The position numbers were made by a program, and so were the translations under genes. From IMG/VR virus record IMGVR_UViG_3300010356_002264: a stretch of 64,000 bases of DNA. One strand, given 5' to 3'. This stretch comes from a virus (lineage: Duplodnaviria > Caudoviricetes). Of this stretch, positions 48,820 to 58,922 are shown in pieces. The notes beneath the pieces were generated by a model. The model made no database searches, had not been told where the DNA came from, and was given only the letters and a program-made list of their open reading frames with translations. Numbering within the stretch: the first letter of the stretch is position 1; the number at the start of each line of letters is the position of its first letter.

Positions 48820-51800
48820 ATGATCCAGATGACACCTGGCGTCGTGCTAGACGTCCTCAAGCTCTCCGTCGCCGTCCACTTCGGGTTCGCGCACCTCGAC
48901 GCGGACAAGCAGCAGAAGACGCGCAGCTACCTGCGCAGCAAGTCCGCGTGGCCGCTGTCGCGCGCGGTGCTCGTCCACGTGGTGCGGGAGCTCCAGCAGG
49001 CCCCGGGCGGGATGGGCCTGGTGGCTGCGATCCGGAACGCGCAGCGCGTGCAGGGGAGCGACTCGGTCACCCACCTGGACGGGATCGGGCGCGTGACGCC
49101 GCGCGTCCTGGCGCTCCTACAGTCTCACGGCGGGGTGCTGGAGGCGCTCGCCGCGGACGAGGCTCCGGCCTACCGACGCCTCGCGCAGGCGGTCAAGTCG
49201 TCTGACCCGCACACGGTCCTGCGGGCGATCGCCCGCATCCCCGGGGCGGACCCCTCCCTCATGTGGATCTCCTCGACGGTTCGTCGAGTCGCCCAGGTGG
49301 TCACCTCCGAGGACCTCACCGCGGAGGAGAAGGCGGCCGTGTCGGCGGAGGAGGCGCGCAAGGCCGTGACCAGCATCCGCCAGGCGCGCCTGGCGGAGTC
49401 GGCCACCGACCCGCTGACCCCCCGCGGGGCCGAGGCGGCCGAGCAGCGGGTCTCCGCGGAGACCTCCGCGCTGGAGGTGTCGAGCCCGGAGCACGCCGCC
49501 GACCCTGGCGTGGCGCGCGCGACGGTCGCGAAGGCCGAGGTGCAGTCGAGCGGTCACGCGACCGAGACGGGGCGCAAGCTCGGCCTGTCCCCCGAGCAGG
49601 AGCACGCGATGGTCGACAAGGGACCCGTGCTCATCGCCGCCGGGGCGGGATCTGGGAAGACCCGCGTCCTGGCGGGCAAGGTGGTCTACCACCTGCGCGA
49701 GCTCCAGGAGCCGGCACGGTCGCTCATCGCGACGTCCTTCACCCGCAAGAGCGCGCGCGAGCTCAAGGAACGCATCCAGGCGTACGGGGGCGCGGACGTG
49801 CTCGATGGGGCTGAGGGCTACGTGGGGACGACCCACTCGGTCTCGATGGCGATGCAGCGGGACTACGGACCTCGTAACCGCCCCGACATCGCGTCCGACG
49901 GGCTCCAGCGATCGACCGTCGAGATCGCCATCAAGCAGGTCCAGATGAACCCGACGAGCGGGTTCTCGTCCCCGCCCAGCACGACGAGACGGTTCTTCGA
50001 CGAGCTCAGCCCGGTGACGGGAGTGGGCCCGCGCGGTGCGGACCGAGGGTCCTCGCGCTTCTGGAAGGAGCCCGCCAACCAGTGGTGGAACCTCGGAGTC
50101 AAGAAGATCGTCGACGAGAAGGGCAACGCCTCGGGCGTGAGGCAGGTGGCCACCGCGATCTCCAAGTGGAAGGGCAACCTCGTGTCCCCGTCGGAGGCGT
50201 GGAGGGACTCAGGCGAGTCCCCGCTCGCCGCCGTCTACGCGGCCTACGAGTGGCTCAAGCGGAACGACACCCCGTGGGCGGGCAAGCAGGACAAGGATGA
50301 CATCCTCACCGAGGGTGTCCGGCTGTTGTCGCGCAACAAGGGGGCTCGTGAGGCGGTACAGCACCGCTTCAAGACGGTCCTCGTCGACGAGGCCCAGGAC
50401 CAGAACCGGGCTCAGAACGTCCTGTTCGGGCTCATCACCGGCACGCACGACCCCGACACGCTGGAGGAGCGCGCGGACGGCCAGATGACCGCGCGAACCT
50501 ACTGCAAGATCGGGGACGACAAGCAGGCGATCTACAGCTTCCGCGGCGCGAACCCGGACGAGTTCATACGGTCGTCCGACCTCGTCGAGACCAACGGCAA
50601 GACGGGGCGGTTCAAGACCCACATGCTCCAGACGAACTACCGGAGCGGGTCGAACATCGTGGAGGCCGCGGGCAAGCTCATCTCCCACAACTCTCGGCAG
50701 GTGCCGATGGTGTGCGTTGCCGACCCCGCGCGGCGGGGCAACGGGTCGATCTACCGGGTCGACGTCGCTGACCACCAGGCGGGGGCGGAGCACGCGGCGG
50801 AGGAGATCCAGAGCCTCGTGCACGGGGAGGGGTCGACCAAGAACTACGGGGACTTCGGGGTCGCGACGCGCACCAACGCCGAGGCGTATGCCTACGTGAT
50901 GGAGCTCATGCGGAGGGGTATCCCGTTCCGCTCGCGCGTAAACCCCCTACGCGACCGCACCGCGCAGGCCCTGATCCGCTGGATGCACCTGGCCCAGCCC
51001 AGCACGGGCGGGGAGGAGCAGAACGACGCGGTACTGCGTGCGCACGAGGTTCCGGGCTTCATGCTGGACGCGGAGTTCGGCCGGCGTATCCAGGCGCTGG
51101 CACGCCAGCAGCGCGAGTCGTCCTACCTCCGGGTCCTCCAGACCTCGTGGAACAGGGTCTACGAGGCGTCGCAGCAGTGGCGCAACGACAAGAACGTCCG
51201 CGCCTACGTCGATGCGATCGAGACCCTGCGAGAGGGGAACTTCTCGCCGGCTGACCTCGTCAACCACGTCCTCGACATGCAGGGCGTGGGGCGTGGGGGC
51301 GGTAGGAGCCTCATCGGGGCCCTCATGGAAGACATCCGCAGCGACGCGGAGGCAATGGCCGAGCTAACCTCCGAGCTCGGTCAGCCCCCCACCGATGACG
51401 ACGTGAGGGCGCTGGCGATCGCTCCCGTGCAGCCGCTCCTGTCCCTGCTCGGGGTCCACGAGGACGTGGGAGGGGCCCTCGCGTTCATCAACAAGCTCCA
51501 GCGGGCGGCCCAGAAGATCGACCACTCGGACGACGAGTCCAAGGAGCCGGCCGTCACCGTGGACACCGTCCACGGATGGAAGGGCCTGGAGACCAAGCAC
51601 CTGTTCGTCCCGATGGCCAAGGGGGTGTTCCCTCACACGCGGTCGATGGAGGACGAGACGGAGCTATCGGAGGAGCGTCGTCTCGCCTACGTGGCGCTCA
51701 CGCGCGGTAAGGACGTCGTGAGCGTCATCACGCCAGGCAAGAGCCACCTCGGCAAGCCCGCGGGGCCGAGCTCCTTCCTCGCCGAGGCGTGTATCGCGCC

Positions 51801-51846
51801 GCTCACCCAGCCGGTCGCGCCAGGCGAGGAGCAGCGGGCCGTCTAG
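48820..51846 (+). CDS. UvrD/PcrA-like SF1 helicase with N-terminal extension
   Basis: AGAGSGKT, SFTRK, VDEAQD, GDDKQAIYSFRGA, NYRS, TVHGWKGLE, EERRLAYVALTR. Confidence 0.92.
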   Translation: MIQMTPGVVLDVLKLSVAVHFGFAHLDADKQQKTRSYLRSKSAWPLSRAVLVHVVRELQQAPGGMGLVAAIRNAQRVQGSDSVTHLDGIGRVTPRVLALLQSHGGVLEALAADEAPAYRRLAQAVKSSDPHTVLRAIARIPGADPSLMWISSTVRRVAQVVTSEDLTAEEKAAVSAEEARKAVTSIRQARLAESATDPLTPRGAEAAEQRVSAETSALEVSSPEHAADPGVARATVAKAEVQSSGHATETGRKLGLSPEQEHAMVDKGPVLIAAGAGSGKTRVLAGKVVYHLRELQEPARSLIATSFTRKSARELKERIQAYGGADVLDGAEGYVGTTHSVSMAMQRDYGPRNRPDIASDGLQRSTVEIAIKQVQMNPTSGFSSPPSTTRRFFDELSPVTGVGPRGADRGSSRFWKEPANQWWNLGVKKIVDEKGNASGVRQVATAISKWKGNLVSPSEAWRDSGESPLAAVYAAYEWLKRNDTPWAGKQDKDDILTEGVRLLSRNKGAREAVQHRFKTVLVDEAQDQNRAQNVLFGLITGTHDPDTLEERADGQMTARTYCKIGDDKQAIYSFRGANPDEFIRSSDLVETNGKTGRFKTHMLQTNYRSGSNIVEAAGKLISHNSRQVPMVCVADPARRGNGSIYRVDVADHQAGAEHAAEEIQSLVHGEGSTKNYGDFGVATRTNAEAYAYVMELMRRGIPFRSRVNPLRDRTAQALIRWMHLAQPSTGGEEQNDAVLRAHEVPGFMLDAEFGRRIQALARQQRESSYLRVLQTSWNRVYEASQQWRNDKNVRAYVDAIETLREGNFSPADLVNHVLDMQGVGRGGGRSLIGALMEDIRSDAEAMAELTSELGQPPTDDDVRALAIAPVQPLLSLLGVHEDVGGALAFINKLQRAAQKIDHSDDESKEPAVTVDTVHGWKGLETKHLFVPMAKGVFPHTRSMEDETELSEERRLAYVALTRGKDVVSVITPGKSHLGKPAGPSSFLAEACIAPLTQPVAPGEEQRAV

Positions 51847-52043
51847 CCCCACTCGCTCACGGTGAACTCGACGTCGAGGGGCGTTGAGCCGCTCTGCTCG
51901 GTCGTCCTCAGGATGAAGCGGTGGTCCGCCTCAGGGTCCGCAAGCATGCGGGTCAATGCGGTGATGAGGTCCCTCGCCTCCTGTGGGGTCACGGTGAGGA
52001 TCTGCTTGCACGCCACGAGCTCGCTGTCGAATCGGGTCGCCAT
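51843..52043 (-). CDS. Hypothetical protein
   Basis: MATRFDSEL; GGAG SD. Confidence 0.5.
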   Translation of the reverse strand: MATRFDSELVACKQILTVTPQEARDLITALTRMLADPEADHRFILRTTEQSGSTPLDVEFTVSEWG

Positions 52044-52045
52044 GA

Positions 52046-52279
52046 CTAGCTCCGCTTCTCCACAACCCATCCCGTGTCCTTCTTGACGAGGACCGCCACG
52101 GGTTTCCCGCTCTTGTCCCACGCGGTGAAGGCCGCGCGGTCGTGGTCGTCCATCGAGAAGTAACCGCGACACGCAGTCCTGATCCCCGCCTGGGCAAGTA
52201 CCGGGGCAATCTTCTTGGGAATCCCGTTCGTGGGAGTCTGGAAGTCTGGCTGCGGTTTTGAGGTGGGACGCTTTGCCAT
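52046..52279 (-). CDS. Hypothetical protein
   Basis: Motif 37 nt upstream. Confidence 0.6.
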   Translation of the reverse strand: MAKRPTSKPQPDFQTPTNGIPKKIAPVLAQAGIRTACRGYFSMDDHDRAAFTAWDKSGKPVAVLVKKDTGWVVEKRS

Positions 52280-52337
52280 GGGGATGAGTCGCGAACAAAA
52301 CACGGATTGGAGCTGATGTAGCTGGGTAGGGTGGGGC

Positions 52338-52769
52338 ATGACGACTCCCAACCCCGTGACCCTCACCCCAAAAGACCTCTCCCCCTACCGTGCCTACCTC
52401 AAGGGCCGCATCCTCACCGCGCTCAGCCTGCAAGGCAACGAGCAATGCGACATGAAGGGCGTTCACCTGGCGGTCCAGGCGGACTGCCTGGCGGCCCACC
52501 TGTCGGAGGAAGCCTCGATCGCCCTGACGATCGGGGTCACCCAGTCGTCCTCGGAGCCCGTGCTCTCGAAGGCCATCATCGAGACGATGGTTGCTGCCTG
52601 CATGGAGAAGGCTTCCAAGGAGCCGAAGACGCCCGGCACCAAGCCTCTGACGCCCGCCAGCAAGACTGCGACCGCCCGCGTGGGTGGTCTCCCCGCGGGT
52701 AGCCAGCCGGCCGCCCCGGTGGCGAAGCGTGGCCGCCCAGCGAAGTCCGTGACGACTCCCGCCGTCTAG
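52338..52769 (+). CDS. Hypothetical protein with AT-hook-like tail (KRGRPAK)
   Basis: ORF; GC3 bias. Confidence 0.6.
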   Translation: MTTPNPVTLTPKDLSPYRAYLKGRILTALSLQGNEQCDMKGVHLAVQADCLAAHLSEEASIALTIGVTQSSSEPVLSKAIIETMVAACMEKASKEPKTPGTKPLTPASKTATARVGGLPAGSQPAAPVAKRGRPAKSVTTPAV

Positions 52770-52918
52770 TCGACGACCTTGACGGGACGAGCCTCCCGCT
52801 TGTCCAGGGTGCGGCGGTGCTTGCGAGAGTGCAGCTTTGCGTCCGCGCGACGGGTCCTGCGCTCACTCTTCGATCCCGCCTTTCCGTTCCCGTTCGTCTT
52901 TCCCTTCCAGAGTGCCAT
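52766..52918 (-). CDS. 50-aa basic protein not listed in the ORF track
   Basis: MALWKGKTNGNG...; AAGGA SD; shares CTAG stop overlap with the convergent gene. Confidence 0.5.
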   Translation of the reverse strand: MALWKGKTNGNGKAGSKSERRTRRADAKLHSRKHRRTLDKREARPVKVVD

Positions 52919-52966
52919 CGCCGTATCCTTCGTATCGAGGGTTACTCCCCCGAGCTAACAACTTAG

Positions 52967-53386
52967 CTAGCTGGGGTTTTGCTTGCATGTGATGCGTGCC
53001 AGCCACCAGTCTCCGACCCCAAGGGCCTTCCCGACAGCATCTCCGTGCGTTGTTTTCGGGTGGGGGATGTACTCACTTGAGCAAGAGATGTTTTTGTTGG
53101 GATGCTTTTGGCGCAGGAATGTCTGCATGTCCATCTTCGCAGTGTCTCGGTTGTCGTCGATCGCTTTGTCGCAATCTTTGTTCTCAGCAGGCTGGAACCG
53201 AAACTCAAGCTCGAAGTTGTATTGCCTGACCCCGTCGTCGTCCGTGTAGTTGTACTCGGTGGTGACGTCCGGAGTGCAGGATTTCAGAATCGCCCTGAAC
53301 GCAGGAGTATCAGGGAGATCTGGGCCACATCCGGGTACGACGAAGAGGCATAGGGTTAGAAGCAGGAGTTTTAGAGCGTGTCGCAT
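52967..53386 (-). CDS. Putative lipoprotein
   Basis: Signal peptide ending VPG-C; motif 38 nt upstream. Confidence 0.6.
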   Translation of the reverse strand: MRHALKLLLLTLCLFVVPGCGPDLPDTPAFRAILKSCTPDVTTEYNYTDDDGVRQYNFELEFRFQPAENKDCDKAIDDNRDTAKMDMQTFLRQKHPNKNISCSSEYIPHPKTTHGDAVGKALGVGDWWLARITCKQNPS

Positions 53387-53503
53387 GCGTCCTCGGAGTT
53401 TGGTCCTGTTGAACTCGGAGCTGAACGATTGAAACTACCAAGTAGTTTGTGTGGTTCGCGAGGATAGCTCAACCCCAAGCTAAATTTTGGTCGCAGTTGG
53501 CGA

Positions 53504-54028
53504 TCAGCAGGTGCAGTCGCAAAGGAACTCGTTGCAGTCGAGGCAGTGCCCGTCGTCCTCGCCCTCGCCCTCGTCGGGGCAGTCGCACTCGGCAATGAAG
53601 TTCTGACAGCGACGGCAGTGTCCGTCATCCTCGTCCATTCCGTCGTCGTCCGTGTCGAGGCAGCCCTCATGGACCGTCCCGTTGGGCCCCGACACCCCGT
53701 CACCGGGGTTGATGGGGTCGCCGCATTCGGGGCACGACTCATGAAGCCCGTCCTCGACCGACATGCAGTCGAAGTGGACGTATCCACGTTCTCCGCACGT
53801 ACCGTCATCGCCGACCGGCTTGTCGCAGACGACACAGTCTTCGGGCACACACGCCTCGCCGTCCTCGTTGAGCGGGCATTCGCAGTCCTCGACCAGGATG
53901 CCGCACTCGGTGCAGCGGTCATCCTCGTCGATGCCGCGCCCTCCCGAGGGGGCCTTGGGGTCGTAGGAGACGTCCTCGACTCCGGCTTCGTCTAAGCCAA
54001 CTTCTTCGTCGCGGTTCGTTGTGCTCAT
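53504..54028 (-). CDS. Acidic, Cys-rich repeat protein
   Basis: Repeated CxxC...CxC and CxxC...HxxC; motif 37 nt upstream. Confidence 0.7.
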   Translation of the reverse strand: MSTTNRDEEVGLDEAGVEDVSYDPKAPSGGRGIDEDDRCTECGILVEDCECPLNEDGEACVPEDCVVCDKPVGDDGTCGERGYVHFDCMSVEDGLHESCPECGDPINPGDGVSGPNGTVHEGCLDTDDDGMDEDDGHCRRCQNFIAECDCPDEGEGEDDGHCLDCNEFLCDCTC

Positions 54029-54117
54029 GACTGGTAGTCGATTTGGTGGGTGGAAGTGGAGCTGATTATGTGCCAGGTGGGACAGCTCCAAGTTCGGTCT
54101 TTCGGCGACGGACTACC

Positions 54118-54546
54118 ATGAGCGACATCAGACGAGAGCGCGTCGAGAGTCCCACGTTCGGTAAGGGCTGGCTCCTCTGGCCGGGCCCGAACGACGGGAT
54201 GCGGTTCACCTTCGAGGCCGACACGGACGGGAGTACCTTCGCCCTGCCGGTGCGCTTCACGATGGACGTCGAGCAGGGTGTCATCACCACCGACTCGCCC
54301 CGGCGCCACCGGGACGTCGAGCGCGCGGAGGCGCAGGCGGAGGGCGCGCGCATCATGGCCTGCCTGGAGCAGGGCATCGATCTCGACCCGGACGACGAGA
54401 CGAGCCCGAGTCGTGACCCGTACCTCTACGACATGGACGAGAACACGCTCGTCTCCCTCATCTCCCGCGACCCGGACGGGGAGGTGTGGTTCACGCTGCG
54501 CACGGGCGGCGACGAGGTGTTCGGGTTCCGCAGGATAAGTGCTTGA
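54118..54546 (+). CDS. Hypothetical protein
   Basis: ACAGCTC 36 nt upstream. Confidence 0.65.
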   Translation: MSDIRRERVESPTFGKGWLLWPGPNDGMRFTFEADTDGSTFALPVRFTMDVEQGVITTDSPRRHRDVERAEAQAEGARIMACLEQGIDLDPDDETSPSRDPYLYDMDENTLVSLISRDPDGEVWFTLRTGGDEVFGFRRISA

Positions 54547-54563
54547 TAGGCCGCACAGAGTAG

Positions 54564-55811
54564 ATGTCGTCTACGAATCGAATCGCGGCCCGCGTTGCCG
54601 CCGCCTACCTCATCGCGAACCCTCGTGTGGCGGCGCTCGTCGGCGACCCCAAGCAGCTCGTGGAGTCGTTCGCGCTCGCGCTCCAGAAGCTGGCCTCCAG
54701 CGAAGACCCCCAGAAGCTCCAGTCGGCGCGCGGCATCCTCGAGCAGGAAGCGAAGCAGCGGAACTCGGTGGACTACCGCACGGTTCACGACGCGCAGGGC
54801 ACCGCGTACAGCGCCTACTACGCCCTGCGCAATCTGCCCCTTCGCGCGTCTGGGTACGCGCTGTTCCTGTCGATCCTCCAGAGCTACACGCTGCCTCCCA
54901 AGCTGCTCAAGCAGGTCGAGATGGCGTCCCGCGAGTACCTCAAGAGCCGACCCCCACCGATCCCGAAGCTCGGGCCCCTTCGCTACCTCGGTGCACTAAC
55001 GGCCTACGAGCAGGTGGTCGCGCTTGGGCGTAAGCACCTGGAGGTCGCGCGGGAGGCCATCGCGCAAGGGAAGGAGCACGGTGCGGAGGGGGAGGGAGCG
55101 ACCAAGGTGCAGGTGGGGCCGATCACGATCATCAACACGGGAGGATTCTCCTCCGACGTGATGCGAGGCGTCGCCGACACCATCCACCAGGTGGTGTCCC
55201 ACATCCAGAAGGCCGGGTTCGGGCAGATCCTCTACGGGGACGTCCACGTGACCAACACCATCAAGTCGAACGCGAACGTCCTGGCCTTCTACCTCGTCCA
55301 GAAGGACGAGATGTTCGTGCGCGCCAACGTCAAGGTGACCACGGGGATGGTCCGCGACGTCATCCACGAGTACGGGCATCGGTACCAGCACAAGTTCCTG
55401 CGCGGAGGGGAGAAGACGCTCACGCAGCTGTACGCGACGATCGACCGCCAGGAGTTTCGACGGCGCATCCAGGGACCCAAGGAATCAGAGAAGCCCACAC
55501 CGGGAGAGGTCGTGGAGCACAAGGGCACGCGCTACGAGGCAATTAAGCTCGCGCCAGGCGGTCAGAAGGTGGAGGCCGTGAACCAGAAGAACAAGAAGCG
55601 CTACCTCATCTCCCTGGACAGCTGGAACCTGCTCAAGAGGGGAGAGAACCGCGACCTCTCCGACCCTGACCACCTCGGGTTCGTGACCGAGTACGCCAAG
55701 CGCAGTCCGGGGGAGAACTTCGCCGAGATGTTCTCGTATTACTGCATCGGGAAGCTCCCGCGCACCCTCGTGCCGATCTTCGAGCAGGCCCTATCGGGGG
55801 CCCTCCTCTAG
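54564..55811 (+). CDS. Zincin-like metallopeptidase domain protein
   Basis: IHEYGHR plus distal EYAKRSPGENFAE. Confidence 0.65.
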   Translation: MSSTNRIAARVAAAYLIANPRVAALVGDPKQLVESFALALQKLASSEDPQKLQSARGILEQEAKQRNSVDYRTVHDAQGTAYSAYYALRNLPLRASGYALFLSILQSYTLPPKLLKQVEMASREYLKSRPPPIPKLGPLRYLGALTAYEQVVALGRKHLEVAREAIAQGKEHGAEGEGATKVQVGPITIINTGGFSSDVMRGVADTIHQVVSHIQKAGFGQILYGDVHVTNTIKSNANVLAFYLVQKDEMFVRANVKVTTGMVRDVIHEYGHRYQHKFLRGGEKTLTQLYATIDRQEFRRRIQGPKESEKPTPGEVVEHKGTRYEAIKLAPGGQKVEAVNQKNKKRYLISLDSWNLLKRGENRDLSDPDHLGFVTEYAKRSPGENFAEMFSYYCIGKLPRTLVPIFEQALSGALL

Positions 55812-56104
55812 GTCTGGTCTTTAGTACAGAGGAACCCCTCGACGACCCGGTCGAGCTCCCGCCGCACCTGCGGGGGGAAGGGGGCTAGGGTTTCCTCGGG
55901 TGTGGCGAGGTACACGAGGACGAACGAGGGCAAGCGGAGCGCCGCTGCGATGCGGTCCAGCGCGGAGAGGCTGGGGTAGCGTCGTCCGCTCTCCAGCAGG
56001 GAGAGGTGGCTCTGCTGGAGGGAGGCGAGTTGCGCGACCTGCCGTTGGGTCATCTGGCGGGCCTCACGCGCTCCGCGGATCGCGGCTCCGAAGTCGAGCT
56101 TCAC
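55808..56104 (-). CDS. XRE-family HTH regulator
   Basis: FGAAIRGAREARQMTQRQVA...LSLLESGRRYPS. Confidence 0.8.
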   Translation of the reverse strand: MKLDFGAAIRGAREARQMTQRQVAQLASLQQSHLSLLESGRRYPSLSALDRIAAALRLPSFVLVYLATPEETLAPFPPQVRRELDRVVEGFLCTKDQT

Positions 56105-56337
56105 GGGGCGGGGAGCCGCAGGGTCTCCGGCAGCCCCCCCACTTCGTGCAGGCGCAGCAGGCGCAGCAGCGCGTTGGCCGAGTCGCAGTAGCTCTCGGCG
56201 GTCCGCCGCCGGGCCTCGCGCGTCTTGTCGGAGATCCAGCGGCCCTCTGAGGACTTCAGGATCGACAGGGCCCGGCTGCGGAGCTCCTGGAGGTGGTTGC
56301 AGAGGATCACCACGTCCTCGCTGGACAGACTTGTCAT
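56101..56337 (-). CDS. Hypothetical protein
   Basis: Motif 37 nt upstream. Confidence 0.6.
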   Translation of the reverse strand: MTSLSSEDVVILCNHLQELRSRALSILKSSEGRWISDKTREARRRTAESYCDSANALLRLLRLHEVGGLPETLRLPAP

Positions 56338-56562
56338 GACGGTATCGCGCGAGCGTTCCGCGGGGTGGAGCTGAGTGGGCGCGCAGGCACACGCGGCAGG
56401 TGGTCTGCTTCGGGTCCTCGGTGACCTCGTAGATGCGGTCGCCGATGAAGTTCTCCATCTCGGAGTCCGGCAGGCAGCGGGACCGCGTGCCCCACAGGCC
56501 GCAGGCCGTGTGGAGCATGGTGGACGCGGCCGGCGTGAGGAGGTGGACCTTCCCCCCGCGCC

Positions 56563-57243
56563 TCACGCCTGGACCTCCAGCACGACAGGCGGGCGGACCA
56601 GGCGGTACTCGTCGTTGAGGAGCGCGGCGTTGACGTGGGTGGTCCCCTCGACGACCCGCAGGCCCACCTCGTGGTGGTTGTGGCCGAACAGGTGCAGCTT
56701 GGGGCGCACCTGCCGGAGTCGGTCGAGCAGCGCGGGACACCCGCGCCTGCGCTGCACGCCGTCCGGGTCGACCGGCCCGAGGTCCATCAGGCCGACTGGT
56801 GGGACGTGCGTGACCACGACGTCCGTCCCCGCGGGGACGCGCGCCCAGTGGGCCTCGATCTCGTCGAGCATCACCCCGAACGCGCTGTAGCGCCCCTGCC
56901 GGATGTTCCCCTGGTCATCGCGCTTCACCCAGGGAGGGCGCGCGCGCCAGGGGGCCCCGAAGAACCGGAGCCCTGCGACCTCGGCGGTCTGCCCGTTGAG
57001 GTAGGTGACGCCGGGCGGGATGGGCACCTCCCCGGCCTCCAGCGCCCAGTCGTGGTTTCCCCCGATGAGCACGCGGTGCGCGAAGGGTGTGCGGGCGAAC
57101 CAGGCGAGGAAGGAGGCGAGCTCGCCCCGCCTCCCCTTGAGCGTCGAGTCCCCACAGTGGACCAGGACGTCCCCGTCCGGCAGCGGGACCTCCTCGTGGT
57201 GGTTGTGGGTGTCGCTCATCGCGACGATCGTGACGGTGCGCAT
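56563..57243 (-). CDS. Calcineurin-like metallophosphoesterase
   Basis: SDTH, HCGD, GNHD, THVPP, FGHNH. Confidence 0.9.
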   Translation of the reverse strand: MRTVTIVAMSDTHNHHEEVPLPDGDVLVHCGDSTLKGRRGELASFLAWFARTPFAHRVLIGGNHDWALEAGEVPIPPGVTYLNGQTAEVAGLRFFGAPWRARPPWVKRDDQGNIRQGRYSAFGVMLDEIEAHWARVPAGTDVVVTHVPPVGLMDLGPVDPDGVQRRRGCPALLDRLRQVRPKLHLFGHNHHEVGLRVVEGTTHVNAALLNDEYRLVRPPVVLEVQA

Positions 57244-57287
57244 GGGTGACTAGGATACGTGGACGGAGATCTGAAGGGAGCTGTGGG

Positions 57288-58427
57288 CTACTGGTCCTCC
57301 TCGACCTCGCACGCCTCCATCGTCGCGCGCCACTCCTCCCACCGACGGCTCATGTCGACCACGTCCTGCGCCCAGATGCGCTTGATGATGTGGACTTCGT
57401 CCTCGGTGATGAGGGTGCTTCCTACCCGATGCTGAAGGTCGAGCAGGCGGTCGAGGATCTCCATGCGGGCCGTGATCGTGAAGGGTCCTGGCATGAGCTC
57501 GTCCTGGGAGAAGGTGACCGTCCCGTCTCGCTTCTCCGCCTGTCGCTTGGTGCGGTCGTGCTGGAGGTCGCGGATGTAGTCGCGGAACTCCCCGAGGTGC
57601 TCGTACTCCTCGAACCCCGCGTCGGCCATCGCCTCCCCGCTCTTGTCCCGCGCGACCACCGTGCAGGTCCAGCAGCCGAAGCGCGAGCTCCCCCCGCACG
57701 CGGGGGCCTCGGAGCGGTCCATGACGACCGGGCACTCGCCGGCCCCTGCGTTTCGGTACAGCGTGATGAGGTTGCGGTGCGACCCACCCCAGGGGACGGG
57801 CCGCTGGAGGAGAGTCGCCCATACCTCGTCGGTGTCGAAGCGCTCGATTGGTCGGAACACCATGCAACTCTTGAGGTTCTGGTGCGGGCTGAGCCGCTGC
57901 CCCTCGACCGTGTGGCGGTCGATCGTCTTGGCGCGGTTCGCCGACTCCGACCTGCGCACTCCGACGAGCAGGACCACCTGCCCGGCTGCCGACACCTGAT
58001 CGCGGACGAACCGCGTCGTCGGGCCGATCTTCATCCGGTCCGTACACCAGCGAAAGCGACGGTTCGGCGGTGGGTAGCCGCGCCCGATCAGGTTGCACCA
58101 GAAGGTCTGGTCGGCGGCCGGCGTGGTGACATGGACCGACATGGGGAGGCGGAGGGACTCCCCGGCTCGTCCAACCTTGTCCAGGGCCGCGCGCGTGTGC
58201 GTGATGAGCAGCGGGCTCTCCACCTGGGTGTCGTTGCACACCACGTGGACGCGACGCTGCCGGTCCGACGGCGCGAGGCTGAGCAACATCTCAACGACCA
58301 GGTGCAGCACGAGCGTCGAGTCCTTCCCCCCGCTGAACGCCACGATCCACGGGTGTTGGTGAGGCTGAAGGTACTCGTCGCGGAGTTCCGCGATGGCGTG
58401 GTCGATCCTATGCTTTGTGAGCAGCAT
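57288..58427 (-). CDS. dndC: DndC-like PAPS-reductase-family sulfurtransferase
   Basis: PWIVAFSGGKDS, NLIGRGYPPP..RFRWCTDRMKI, GVRRSES, RFGCWTCTVV..DKS. Confidence 0.85.
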   Translation of the reverse strand: MLLTKHRIDHAIAELRDEYLQPHQHPWIVAFSGGKDSTLVLHLVVEMLLSLAPSDRQRRVHVVCNDTQVESPLLITHTRAALDKVGRAGESLRLPMSVHVTTPAADQTFWCNLIGRGYPPPNRRFRWCTDRMKIGPTTRFVRDQVSAAGQVVLLVGVRRSESANRAKTIDRHTVEGQRLSPHQNLKSCMVFRPIERFDTDEVWATLLQRPVPWGGSHRNLITLYRNAGAGECPVVMDRSEAPACGGSSRFGCWTCTVVARDKSGEAMADAGFEEYEHLGEFRDYIRDLQHDRTKRQAEKRDGTVTFSQDELMPGPFTITARMEILDRLLDLQHRVGSTLITEDEVHIIKRIWAQDVVDMSRRWEEWRATMEACEVEEDQ

Positions 58428-58464
58428 GCCTGTAAGTCGAAGAGGCACGCTGAATATGAGCTGA

Positions 58465-58914
58465 CTACTTGATCGCCTGGAGGTGGATCTCCAGGCGGGG
58501 GCCGTCGATCGTGGGGGTCGTGTGCTCCCGCAGGACGCGGAAGGCCGCCTGGATCCCGTAGGCGCGCGCGAACCTCTCCCGGTAGATGTTGCCCGCCTCG
58601 TAGTAGAGGAAGCTGCGTCGGTTCCAGAAGGAGACGTGCGTGGGGTCCTGGAAGGCTCCTGGCCCGTCCGTCGTGGGAACGGCGATCTCGACGATCCTGC
58701 CAGGGGCGAGCACGCGCCAGAGCTCGTTCATCGTGTGGATCTTGTCGGGAAGGTGCTCGATGACGTCGTGGGCGCGGACACGCTCGACGGACCCGTCTGG
58801 CCAGGGCCAGGGCTTGGAGAGGTCGGCGACGACGTCGACGCCGTGGCCGGCGACGATGTCGACGTTGACGTAGTCCGCAAGGATGCGGTCACAACATCCG
58901 AGGTTGAGCTTCAT
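58465..58914 (-). CDS. SAM-dependent methyltransferase (type 11-like)
   Basis: KLNLGCC, NVDI, HDVIEHL, RVLAPG, DPTH. Confidence 0.8.
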   Translation of the reverse strand: MKLNLGCCDRILADYVNVDIVAGHGVDVVADLSKPWPWPDGSVERVRAHDVIEHLPDKIHTMNELWRVLAPGRIVEIAVPTTDGPGAFQDPTHVSFWNRRSFLYYEAGNIYRERFARAYGIQAAFRVLREHTTPTIDGPRLEIHLQAIK

Positions 58915-58922
58915 GTTTCATC

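Noticed and set aside
55808-56740. Single 310-aa HTH fusion ORF
   Set aside because: The middle overlaps a promoter-supported gene (56101-56337) in another frame; the HTH probably starts at GTG 56104.
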